From positions 64,001 through 128,000 of the forward strand of contig CM000435.1 in the NCBI GenBank assembly GCA_000165345.1: DNA of 64,000 nt, given 5' to 3'. Position numbers and translations under genes: made by a program. A model generated the notes under the pieces. It was given only the letters and a program-made list of their open reading frames with translations. It was not told the origin of the DNA and did not search any database. Shown here in pieces: positions 43,395 through 53,819 of the stretch (position 1 is its first letter; each line of letters opens with the position of its first letter).

Positions 43395-44852
43395 TTAATA
43401 ATCATTCTTTATATTATCTATCATTGCTTTAGTTTTCCTATACTCTCTGCTCTTTTTGGATCCAGAATTACCTTTAGAACTATGATGTTTGTCATATTGA
43501 CTCACAAAAGACTTTCTTATTCTGTCTTTATCAAATTGTGTTGTCTTATTCTTCCTAGGAAGCCATAAATTATTTATTCTTTCATTAATAGCTCTTGCCT
43601 TAAACTCATCATACTCTTGTTTGTCAATTATTTCATCGTATTCTTCCTCTTCTTGATGTTCGTTATCGCTATTGTCTTGGTCTTGGTTTCGACAATTGTA
43701 TTCATCATCATCATCATCATCATCTTCTTCTTCTTCTTCTTCTTCTTCTTCTTCTTCTTCTTCCTCTTCCTCTTCCTCTTCCTCTTGAGTTGAATCGTCC
43801 TCTTCATGTGAGATTTCACTATTATCATGTAATTCTGATCCATCTAAGTTATTCTTTCCGTTATTTTGTGAAATTATTGTATTCAAATAATCAAGCCTAT
43901 TCATATCCCTATCAATCTTTCCAATATTAATGATCTTATTTGAGCTATGAACATTATCACTAGTAAATACAATAACATCCTCAAATTTTGGATACTCCAT
44001 GACCTGAATTCCAAATCTCTTTCTAAAAAGCTCAATAATACAGTTAACATCTCTATTAAAATACATCTCAGCATTAATATGGTCAGTATTAACAATCTGG
44101 GGAAAATCAATCAATGTTATATTTTCTTTGGAATCTATTAGTAAATTAAACTCATTAAAATCTCCATGTATAAGTCCACAATCTGCTAATCTTATAATCA
44201 TTTTCATTAGTCTTTCCAATGCTCCATATGGATCATCTAAATGTCGAATTGAATTAAGTGGTACTGCATCTATTAATTCCATAACTATAGCATGACGATT
44301 CCAATCAATTGGTTCTGGAACCTTAATTTCACCCTCATTAAATCCATTTTCATACAATGCTTTTAAACAACTGTATTCCTTCAAAGCTGCTAATCTAGAT
44401 AAATATAGCCAAGATGAAGTCTTTCTATTTCTTAAATAATCTCTTGTATTTTTAACATTTCTAAAAGATACTCTTCCTAATCTATGTAACTTTAAACATA
44501 TTAATTTCCCATTCTCATCAGCTGCTATATGTATATCACTCTCTTTACCTACTCCTATTCTTGCTCCTACTGATGATATTATTCCTCTCTTATTTAAAGC
44601 TCTTAAAGCTAAGAAATCATATCCTAAATACGATAATTTATACCCTTCATATATTTTACTTTCTCTAGATACTAATTTATTTCTTAATAGATTTTGCAAT
44701 AATTGATAACTCCCTGTTCTTCTTAAATTACTAATCGATTCTATAAGCTGTGGAGATACATACTCATGGTTTCTCATACCCATTTCTACTGCTGTCAATA
44801 TTCTCCATTCATCTTTACTGATGAATCTCATATTACTCACATCCAACTTCAT
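43395..44852 (-). CDS. RIO2: RIO2 atypical Ser/Thr kinase with poly-Glu/Asp C-terminal region
   Basis: 485 aa with ATG at 44850-44852. N-terminal RIO2 winged helix MRFISKDEWRILTAVEMGMRNHEYVSPQLI. RIO kinase core (GVGKESDIH..., LIHGDFNEFNLLI, IDFPQ). The acidic tract is encoded by (GAA/GAG)n at about 43690-43800. Confidence 0.85.
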   Translation of the reverse strand: MKLDVSNMRFISKDEWRILTAVEMGMRNHEYVSPQLIESISNLRRTGSYQLLQNLLRNKLVSRESKIYEGYKLSYLGYDFLALRALNKRGIISSVGARIGVGKESDIHIAADENGKLICLKLHRLGRVSFRNVKNTRDYLRNRKTSSWLYLSRLAALKEYSCLKALYENGFNEGEIKVPEPIDWNRHAIVMELIDAVPLNSIRHLDDPYGALERLMKMIIRLADCGLIHGDFNEFNLLIDSKENITLIDFPQIVNTDHINAEMYFNRDVNCIIELFRKRFGIQVMEYPKFEDVIVFTSDNVHSSNKIINIGKIDRDMNRLDYLNTIISQNNGKNNLDGSELHDNSEISHEEDDSTQEEEEEEEEEEEEEEEEEEEEDDDDDDDEYNCRNQDQDNSDNEHQEEEEYDEIIDKQEYDEFKARAINERINNLWLPRKNKTTQFDKDRIRKSFVSQYDKHHSSKGNSGSKKSREYRKTKAMIDNIKNDY

Positions 44853-45186
44853 TTTTGTATTTTATGTAAGTCTTCTCCTATAATTTCTTTTTCTTAATAA
44901 TCAACAAAGACAAAAACACTTATATTTATTTATAAAATATATTTTTAACCTTGATTATTATTTTTTTTTGACACGTAATTTTAGATTTATTTGATTGAAA
45001 AGATGAAGAATTTTTCTTTCCACAATTTCAACTCTTCAGTTATCTTTTACAAACTAAATTGGTTGCAATCAATCAGTGATTTAGTAATAATTTCTTAAAT
45101 TTACCACTTAACATAAACCTTCTTGCTATTTTTCTTTTTTTGAAATTTCTTCTTAACTATTATCGGTACCATAATGCATCACGTGG

Positions 45187-45210
45187 ATGGCGGCAGAATT
45201 CTGCCGCCAT
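45187..45210. promoter_or_regulatory. Perfect 24-bp palindrome ATGGCGGCAGAATTCTGCCGCCAT (paired GGCGGCA/E2F-like half-sites) in the divergent RIO2/CDP-DAG-synthase promoter
   Basis: The sequence equals its own reverse complement. Related imperfect copy ATGGCGGCACAATTCTAGCGCCAC at 19182-19205, upstream of GRASP. Confidence 0.6.
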
Positions 45211-45332
45211 TTTTTAATGAAAATGGTTGAAAGTTGAGAAATTATAAAACAAATAAATGAATAAAAAATTTTTTTTTTCAAAAAAAGTAAGTAATTAATT
45301 CATATTTTTCTTTTTTGTTTTAGTATAAAGAA

Positions 45333-45365
<33 letters not shown>

Positions 45366-45701
45366 TATAAATATTATTTATATATATTTATATATATATA
45401 TATATTTATAACATTTATGTTTACATATACATAAATATCTCATTTACATCTGATTAAATTGGAATACAGAGCTAAAAAAACGCAAAAAAGATAAACTTGA
45501 ATTACAACTTATGGTCTTATAGAATTGGAAAATTACTATAATCACTTTAAGAATATAAGAGTACTTTTCTATAAGTACTAAAGCTTTTCAAATTTTTATT
45601 ATTTTTGGTATTTGATTATCAGTAAATTAAGATAAACTATTGATATTTAACCCAACCCCCTTATCCTTTTTTTTTAAATTATTAAAAATAAAGTTTTTGG
45701 A

Positions 45702-47054
45702 ATGAAAAATTCAAGATATATAAGAAGTAATTCAATTTTTGATGATACAGAACATGAAACAGAGTCTGATAATTTTTTTAGTGAAGTTGAATTGAGAAGA
45801 AGAAATGGAAATAGAAAAGAATCATCTGAAAAGAATGGACATAAGGAAGGAAACAAAAATGGAATAATTGAAAACAGTAAAATAACAGGAAACCATTCAT
45901 CTACAAATAATAGCGGAGATCTTAATTGGGTAACTAGAACTATTTGGACAATAATCTTATTATCATCATTCCTAGTAATACTTGCAGCTGGACATACTTA
46001 TTCTGCAATGCTTGTACTTATTTTGATTTCAGCAGTATATCAAGAAGTTAATTCACTTAAAAGAAGTGCTGAAGAAGATAAACGTCTTCCATTCTTTTAT
46101 ACTTTACGTTGGTATTGGTTAGGAGTAACATTATTTTCAACAGGAAAATTATGGTGGGTTCCTTTAATTGAAAAATATAGAAGAAATTATTATTTATTAT
46201 ATTTAATAGTTTATTACCATTCTTTGATAAGTTATGTTGGAGCTTTATTTGGATTTATTGCTTTTATATTATCTCTAAGAAATTATACACTTAGATATCA
46301 ATTTTCTCAATTTGGAATAATGATTTTAAGCCTTTTACTTGTGGTAACTCAATCAGTTTTTATGATTGCTAATACTTATAGAGGCCTAATTTGGTTCATA
46401 CTTCCTTCATGTCTTGTTATATGTAATGATATATTTGCTTATATTGTTGGTAAAATCTTTGGGAAAACTCGACTCTTCAGACTTTCTCCAAAGAAAACGG
46501 TTGAAGGATTTATTGGAGCTTCTATTATCACTATTTTTGCTGCAATTATTCTTGGTAATGTTCTTTCCAAAAGTCAGATATTTATTTGTCCTCAAAATGA
46601 ATTACTTGAAAAACCTTTTTCAATGTGGTATGAATTAAAATGTGATCCTAATCCTGTATTTATTCAAAAACCATATAATATTCCACCATTTTTACATTTT
46701 ATTTTTGGTAAAGAACCTTTTCTAATTCCAGATTCACAATTCCATGCCATTGCTATTGGTATTTTTGCTGCTTTTGTTGCTCCTTTTGGTGGATTCTTTG
46801 CATCTGGTCTTAAAAGAGCTTTAAGAATTAAAGATTTTGGTTCTGCTATACCTGGCCATGGTGGAATCACTGATAGATTTGATTGTCAAATTCTTATTGG
46901 TCTGTTTACATATTTATATATTCGTGCATTTATCTTTACAAATCCCAAATCAGTATCTTTAGATATTGTCATAAAATTAGCTAAAATGCTACCAGAACCA
47001 GAAATTCAACATTTAATTTCTGTACTGTCTAGCCATATATCCAGTCAACAATAA
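45702..47054 (+). CDS. CDS1: Phosphatidate cytidylyltransferase (CDP-diacylglycerol synthase)
   Basis: 450 aa. Polytopic. CTP_transf_1 signature SPKKTVEGFIGASI and C-terminal GHGGITDRFDCQ, matching GHGGxxDRxD. Confidence 0.85.
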   Translation: MKNSRYIRSNSIFDDTEHETESDNFFSEVELRRRNGNRKESSEKNGHKEGNKNGIIENSKITGNHSSTNNSGDLNWVTRTIWTIILLSSFLVILAAGHTYSAMLVLILISAVYQEVNSLKRSAEEDKRLPFFYTLRWYWLGVTLFSTGKLWWVPLIEKYRRNYYLLYLIVYYHSLISYVGALFGFIAFILSLRNYTLRYQFSQFGIMILSLLLVVTQSVFMIANTYRGLIWFILPSCLVICNDIFAYIVGKIFGKTRLFRLSPKKTVEGFIGASIITIFAAIILGNVLSKSQIFICPQNELLEKPFSMWYELKCDPNPVFIQKPYNIPPFLHFIFGKEPFLIPDSQFHAIAIGIFAAFVAPFGGFFASGLKRALRIKDFGSAIPGHGGITDRFDCQILIGLFTYLYIRAFIFTNPKSVSLDIVIKLAKMLPEPEIQHLISVLSSHISSQQ

Positions 47055-47960
47055 ATTTTACTTTTAACTTCAATTTTTCTCTTTAACTCATATATTTTTT
47101 CTATTTTCCTTTCATTTATTGAAATTAATATAAATATTTCTAAGAGATTATTAATAATTAACCAAATCTTTGAAAAAAAGGGGAAAATCTATCTTTTTCT
47201 TTATTTCATCATCTTTTATGTACTAATTACTTTTTTTACCATTTTCCCCACCCTCCTTACATGCATTTTCTCCCCTTAAGTCCATTCTATTTAATAGTCT
47301 TCCACATAAATAAATAATTACGTCATTTATTGCATGCATGCATTTAATTACGTGTTTTAAAGTTATATTTTAAAATATATTACAAAAAATTATTTAATTA
47401 TTATTATACTTGAAAATTTCTTTTTTTCTTTCTTTATTAAATAATTTTAAATTGTAATGAAATATTTAAAAAATATTAATTTTAGTATAATTTTGTATTT
47501 GAACTTGACTGTGATTTGAAAAAAAAAAATCATTTATATTATTATTATAATTATTTTTTAACCAATATTAAATTATTATGTGCATTATAATAAAATTAAC
47601 GCAATTCTCCCGCTAAAATTGTTATATTGATTGACTGGTAATTTGGTTATCGAGACAATTTTAATAATACTTTCAAACTTGTTTAATAATAATATTTTGA
47701 ATTACTAGGAATATTATATTAAAATAATTCAGAATCACCATACTTTTTATTTTTTAACAATTTGATAAAAAAGATCATCTTTTTTTTTCTTCGAATTATC
47801 AACAATTCAAGACGAACTCCGAACTTAAAATTAATTTAGCCATAAATTATCGAAGGAAACCTCAATCAATTAAAAATAACTACTTTATCTTTTTAATTAA
47901 TATAATGATTTTTAATTTTAACAAATTATTTGATAACGGATATAAAATTGGTAACAAAAA

Positions 47961-50900
47961 ATGAAACTTGGTATTTTTGGAGATATATATTCCACTTTTT
48001 TCCCAATTGATTTATGTATAAAACTGTTAATATTCACTATTTCAATACTTTTATTTTTTTATATAGCCAATTTAATAATATGGAGAAGATATGATAAACA
48101 TACATATAAACACCAATCTTTTGAAATGATACTTATTCCATGTAGGAAAAATATTTACTCCAATATATTCAGATGTACTTTGAATTTTTTGACAGCAGTT
48201 CACTTAATATTAATCCCATTAGTTACTTATGACTCAGTAAGTGCTCCTGAAAGTTCTTCCATATTATATTGGAGAAAGAAAGCTGAAGTTTTCTTAGTGG
48301 AATATGTTGTTGCTTTAATAATTTGCATAGGAAGAAAATTATTTACACAAAGAATTAGGCTCACTTTGATAATGCCATCAAATCTTTTTGATTGTAATTT
48401 TGTATGTTTGTGGGTACGTGATAATAATAATATTAATAATAATCATAATCATGATCATAATACAAATGATAATATTATTCAATCCATAAATAAAGATCCA
48501 AGTTATTCAACTTTAAATAAAAAATTTCTCAATTTTTACAAGAAAAGTCTTGCATTTTTAGATGGTGAAATGACAGGATTTAAATATTATGGTTGTCATA
48601 TACAAACAGATGAATCCTCTGGAATTAGGTATTTTATTGCTGGATCAACAAGATTTGTATTTTCTATAGAAACTGGGACTTTTTTGCCTCAAATACAATC
48701 AAGTAGAGTTAGTGTAAATCAAATTGAAAATGCTTTGAATTGTGGAGGACATTCAGAAGCTTCTGTTATTTCTTATTTATCTGTTTTTGGAAAAAATGAA
48801 TTACCATATGAAACTGAGCCTGCATTACTTGTAATGAAACGTATTTTCTTTTGTCCAACTTTCATTTTACAATATTTAATGCTCTCAACAACTTTCTTTT
48901 TGAGGTTTTTCACTTGGTCATTTTGTTGGTCGGCTTTAATTTTATATACAAACCTATTTAGTTTCTTTAAAGATATTTTTAGAAATAGAAAACTCTTAAA
49001 AGAAACCCATGAAATTAATAATCGACCAGTTAAAGTAATACGTGGGAATATTAAAAAATCGATTAAAGCGTCTGATATTGTCCTTTTTGATATTGTATTA
49101 TCTGAAACAGGAGATATTGCACCTTGCGATATGATACTTATGGAAAAATTAGTACTTGTTGACGAATCAAGTTTGACAGGTGAAGCAACACCTGTTTTTA
49201 AAAAGCCTCTTGATTTATCAGCGCTTTCAAATTCTCAAATACTTTCAGCTAGTGATAATATTCTTAAAGACTCTTTGATTCATGCTGGATGTAAAATTAT
49301 TAAAGTATTTGGCGGAGATGAATCAAATGATTCATTAATTTCCGTAGTCTTAAATACTGGTGTTTTTACATTTAAATCAAAAATTCTGCGTACAGTTTCT
49401 CAAAATATGATTTCTGATGATTTTCATAATGATATTCCGTTATTGTGGTTATTAACTTTATCAGTTGCATCAGTTGTTATAACAGTACAATGCTTAATTT
49501 CACAATTTAATATTGGGTCCATATTCTTCATTTTAGGTACTTTACTACAACTTCTTCCAATTTGGGCACCAGCTTTTGTACAATCATGCATTAATAGTTC
49601 AGTTTCAACATTAAAAAATGATAAAAATGTTGAAAGTTCTTACCCAAGAAGAATCTTGTTTGCTAGTAAATTGGATACATTATTCTTTGATAAGACTGGT
49701 ACTTTAACAATGAATGATTACGTACTTGATAATGTTGAAAGATTAAATTCTGATTTACTTGAAGATCAGGGATTCTTTACTGGAAATGAACGCTATTCTG
49801 AAAGAATAGTTAGGGGAATAAATGGAGAAAAAATTGATATATTAAAAATGGCAATTTCAACTTGCCATTCATTATCTTTTGTTCCTGATCAAGGCGATGG
49901 AGGGTATTATGGAGATTCAATTGAAAAGGAAATGCTTAAGTTTACAAGATCTTGTATTTATGAGAAGTCCTCATTAAACGATAGATCTTTAAGAAGGTTT
50001 GTTTTTGAAAAAGGAGCTGAATTTGATCTTGAAAATATCTATAGAAGCCACAATACTGCAAATCTTGAGAAAAAGCTCAGTAAAGGATGCGAAATACTGA
50101 AGATATTCGATTTTAATGGCGTTAGTAGGTCAATGAGTGTTATTGTTCGTTGTAACGTCACAGATAGAGTCTTTTTATTTACTAAAGGCGCATCTGAATC
50201 CATTTTAAAGTTTTCAATTAAGAACCAATCGACTGAGGAAATTGAATTTAGAACATCTAAACTATCTTCTTCAGGATTTTATGTAATAATAATAGCTTAT
50301 CGGGAATTGAAATCCGATAAAGAGTCAATTGAATTGTATAGATTATTAAACGAAAGTGAAAGAATTAATTTTGAAGTTGACTTAATTCCAGTTGGAATTC
50401 TTTGTTTTTCAAATTGTATTAGAAAGGAAGCACCATTTATCATTAAGGAAATTAAAGATCTTGGAATTAAGCCCATAATTCTAACAGGCGATAATTCAGA
50501 TTGTGCATTGTGCGTTGCTAAACAAGTTGGAATTATTAATAGCCAATTCAAAGTCTCTAATATTGAGGCAAAACTTAACCTTTGCGAAATTGACTTGAAT
50601 AGCCACCAAATTGCTGTATTGTGTTGTATTATTTCCGGAAAATTAGTTTTTTTGAATGAATTTAGACATGAAATTGATCTGGAGGAAGTTATTAAAAATT
50701 TGAATAAGATAAGATTAGTTGTAACATTTGAATCTTACGAAATGATGAGCAAGACTATTCTGCATAATTATGAAGGTATTGTTAATCCATTAAAAAATGA
50801 TTCCAAACAAGCATTTTTGAGTAATGAGACTCTTTTGGACTTGTTTAAAAATAATATTTCAGTAATTTCAAGAGCTAACCATATTAATAAACAGAGTGTT

Positions 50901-51836
50901 ATTCGACAATTTATGAATGAAGGAAAAATTGTTGGAATGGTTGGCGATGGAACAAATGATGTTGCTGCTGTTAAAGATTCCAATCTGGGAATATTTGTTA
51001 ATAAAAATGGAAGTTTAAGTAGCCATTTTTCTTTGGATAAAGGGGATTTAAATGGAATATTAAGTATTATTCGAGAGGGATGCGGGTGTGCTGCTAATTC
51101 ACGTTCATTGTACTTGTTCATGATTATGTATGGATTCACAATTGTAATTTGTAAGAATATTTTATTATATTCTGGACAAGCAACTCTTCCAACTATGGGG
51201 TACTTTTATTATAGTATTTTTGTAAATTTTCCAAGTGTATGGGGAATAAAAAGAAGCAGGCCTGCAAATAAGATTAAAAAGTATCCTGTAGATGCAGGAT
51301 TGGTATCAAGGAGCTCCATATTGACTGTTATTTGTTTTGTTTCTGTTATTGGAATCAACCTGGGTGTCGTATTGTTTTTGTTATCAAATAAGTCATGGTT
51401 TGTTTCTAGTTATACAAGAAATTTGGGAATTCCAATTTTCATTTCTGCACGCCAAGATGGATTTGAATCATCCACGACTTTAATTTGGATGTGCTCTTTG
51501 CATTCGCATATGGCTCTGATTTTTGGAATGGGAGGATATCACAGAGAACCTTTTTATAAAAATAAAGTTCTCGTTTCTACGTGGTTTTTAGCACAGCTTG
51601 GGCTTTTATTTCTAATTTTTTCGGAGCCAAGTCTCATTACATGCTTCTTTAAAATTAACTGTCAAGAAGGCATAACTCCTGGAACTTTATTTGGTATGAA
51701 TATCCCAAAATTCTCGAGTAGCAATGTTTTCCCATTTTCTTGGAAGTTTGAGCTCGTTGGATGGATAGCTGCTTCCTTCCTAATTTGCATATTTATTTAT
51801 CGCAAATTAAACTTCAATTCAGCTTCCAAAATTTGA
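47961..51836 (+). CDS. Divergent P-type (E1-E2) ATPase, subfamily not assignable from motifs
   Basis: 1291 aa. Phosphorylation site FFDKTGTLTMND. Actuator-like SSLTGEATP. Hinge GMVGDGTNDVAAVKDSNLGI. At least 10 predicted TM segments. Long N-terminal extension. The TM4 motif LLPIWAP does not match the canonical P2 (PEGLP), P4 (PISL) or P5 (PPxxP) signatures. Confidence 0.75.
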   Translation: MKLGIFGDIYSTFFPIDLCIKLLIFTISILLFFYIANLIIWRRYDKHTYKHQSFEMILIPCRKNIYSNIFRCTLNFLTAVHLILIPLVTYDSVSAPESSSILYWRKKAEVFLVEYVVALIICIGRKLFTQRIRLTLIMPSNLFDCNFVCLWVRDNNNINNNHNHDHNTNDNIIQSINKDPSYSTLNKKFLNFYKKSLAFLDGEMTGFKYYGCHIQTDESSGIRYFIAGSTRFVFSIETGTFLPQIQSSRVSVNQIENALNCGGHSEASVISYLSVFGKNELPYETEPALLVMKRIFFCPTFILQYLMLSTTFFLRFFTWSFCWSALILYTNLFSFFKDIFRNRKLLKETHEINNRPVKVIRGNIKKSIKASDIVLFDIVLSETGDIAPCDMILMEKLVLVDESSLTGEATPVFKKPLDLSALSNSQILSASDNILKDSLIHAGCKIIKVFGGDESNDSLISVVLNTGVFTFKSKILRTVSQNMISDDFHNDIPLLWLLTLSVASVVITVQCLISQFNIGSIFFILGTLLQLLPIWAPAFVQSCINSSVSTLKNDKNVESSYPRRILFASKLDTLFFDKTGTLTMNDYVLDNVERLNSDLLEDQGFFTGNERYSERIVRGINGEKIDILKMAISTCHSLSFVPDQGDGGYYGDSIEKEMLKFTRSCIYEKSSLNDRSLRRFVFEKGAEFDLENIYRSHNTANLEKKLSKGCEILKIFDFNGVSRSMSVIVRCNVTDRVFLFTKGASESILKFSIKNQSTEEIEFRTSKLSSSGFYVIIIAYRELKSDKESIELYRLLNESERINFEVDLIPVGILCFSNCIRKEAPFIIKEIKDLGIKPIILTGDNSDCALCVAKQVGIINSQFKVSNIEAKLNLCEIDLNSHQIAVLCCIISGKLVFLNEFRHEIDLEEVIKNLNKIRLVVTFESYEMMSKTILHNYEGIVNPLKNDSKQAFLSNETLLDLFKNNISVISRANHINKQSVIRQFMNEGKIVGMVGDGTNDVAAVKDSNLGIFVNKNGSLSSHFSLDKGDLNGILSIIREGCGCAANSRSLYLFMIMYGFTIVICKNILLYSGQATLPTMGYFYYSIFVNFPSVWGIKRSRPANKIKKYPVDAGLVSRSSILTVICFVSVIGINLGVVLFLLSNKSWFVSSYTRNLGIPIFISARQDGFESSTTLIWMCSLHSHMALIFGMGGYHREPFYKNKVLVSTWFLAQLGLLFLIFSEPSLITCFFKINCQEGITPGTLFGMNIPKFSSSNVFPFSWKFELVGWIAASFLICIFIYRKLNFNSASKI

Positions 51837-52450
51837 ACCAGTAATTAAAACCATGGCCTTGAATGTTATTTTATCTATTGGAAAATTATATTTACTCGTT
51901 AAGCTTGTTTTAAATAACATTCTCTATACATAAAATAATCCAATAAAATTTGGAAAGCAAATAAAAGTTTTGTATTGAAAACTTTTTTTTTGGTTTGATA
52001 ATAAAATTTAACTTGAGAATTTTGGATTCAACTTGTGCTTTTTGGGTTTTTGTATATTTAATTTGAATTTATCTTTTTGTAGAAAACTCCTAAATTAATA
52101 ACATTAGTAAACTTATTTGATTTAGCTTTGTAAAGTATTCTTTTATTTTCATAAGACTCTTTCCATATAAAGATGAATTTTTAAATAGAAAAAAATAAAC
52201 AAAACTCTAAATTTCTAATACTTGATTAATTCCTAATGAATAAAATGGTTAAAAAAGTCAACACAGACTAATGCATTGCGCGCCTTCCATGTGGACGCGC
52301 ATGCAAAAACTTTTTAGAGCACATGCGGAAACGCCAGTAAAAAAAAAGGAAAATCAGTACCGGTGTAAACGTGTGAAAACAAATAAACTAAAAACTTGAT
52401 TGCATGCAAAAAATTCCAATAAAATTATGAATTTGGAGCATTTAAATTAT

Positions 52451-53401
52451 TTAAAGATTAAGGCTTTTTAAGTCTTGGACAAGGTTTTGAATAGATTCAA
52501 CTGATTTAGAAAATAATGATTTTTCGTCATCAGATAAATTTACAATAACAACGTCTTCAATACCATTTTTTCCAATAACAACAGGAACACCGACAAAAAG
52601 ATTGTTAACATTATACTGGCCAGTAAGATATGTTGAACAAACTAATACTGATTTAGAATCTTTCAAATAAGCTTGAGCCATAGCTACAGCTGAAGCGGCT
52701 GGAGCATAGAATGCTGAGCCAGTTTTTAAAAGTTCAACAATTTCACCGCCACCAAATGCTGTCTTCTTAATAATTTCATTGATTTGTGAATGAGTAATTT
52801 TTCCTTGCTCAACAAAATCACTAAGCAGAATTCCACCAATTGTAACTGAACTAGTTAATGGTATCATCTCATCTCCATGGCCACCTACAACAATGGCTGA
52901 TACATCAGATGGCTTTACACCTAATGCTCGACTTAAATTACATCTGAACCTAGCGGAATCAAGCACACCTGACATACCACAAACTTTATTAGCTGGTATT
53001 CCACTCTTTTCTTTAAAGTAGTAAACCATCGCATCTAGAGGATTAGTAATACATATTACAAATGCATTAGGGCAGTATTTACCGACATTTTCTGCAACTG
53101 AACCAACAATCTTTGCATTAACAGTAAGTAAATCTGAACGTGTCATATTTGGTTTTCTAGGAACTCCAGCTGTTATTATGACGACATCAGAGTTTTGTAA
53201 ATACTCATAGTTATTTTCACCAAATATTTTCGCTGGTGACCCAATCAATGCCATGCAGTGATTCAAATCTAAAGCTTTTCCTTGTGGAACTCCCTCAATA
53301 ATATCAAACATATAAACATCTCCTAAATCTTTTTGTCCTAAAAGAAGTGCTATAGTTGAGCCAATTTGTCCAGCTCCAATAATTGAAATTTTCTTTCTCA
53401 T
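52451..53401 (-). CDS. MDH: Malate dehydrogenase (LDH-like MDH, Arg at substrate-specificity position)
   Basis: 316 aa. IGAGQIGST Rossmann motif. AGVPRKPNMTRSDLL loop with Arg at the position equivalent to residue 102. Catalytic GGHGDEM. Paralogous to the adjacent gene over its full length. Confidence 0.85.
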   Translation of the reverse strand: MRKKISIIGAGQIGSTIALLLGQKDLGDVYMFDIIEGVPQGKALDLNHCMALIGSPAKIFGENNYEYLQNSDVVIITAGVPRKPNMTRSDLLTVNAKIVGSVAENVGKYCPNAFVICITNPLDAMVYYFKEKSGIPANKVCGMSGVLDSARFRCNLSRALGVKPSDVSAIVVGGHGDEMIPLTSSVTIGGILLSDFVEQGKITHSQINEIIKKTAFGGGEIVELLKTGSAFYAPAASAVAMAQAYLKDSKSVLVCSTYLTGQYNVNNLFVGVPVVIGKNGIEDVVIVNLSDDEKSLFSKSVESIQNLVQDLKSLNL

Positions 53402-53819
53402 AATTACAGTATTATATTTATAACTTATTTTTTTTAATTATATCAATAGAATTTCTCTATTTTATTGTGATCTATTTTCTTTTTCCCCTACTTAGCTTTT
53501 AAGATACTCATTTCCCACGCAATTATTACCTAAAACGAGGGGCGTAACAAATTCAAATAGCAGGCGGGAAATTTGAACAGCTAATGGCGCGGCAACAAGT
53601 GCAAATTCATGCAACATTTGAAAGAAAATGAGAATAGAATAATACGCATTAAGTTTTTTTTTCTATTTTTTACTAGTAATTAATCCCGAAAACCCACATG
53701 CAATAATCTCAATCAGCCATCTCATACAATAAATGAAAGTTGGATGAGAGAATTTTTTTACATTTTTTGAATTACAGGATATCGCAAACAATATCTTATT
53801 GAAATAAGAAAAAATATTC

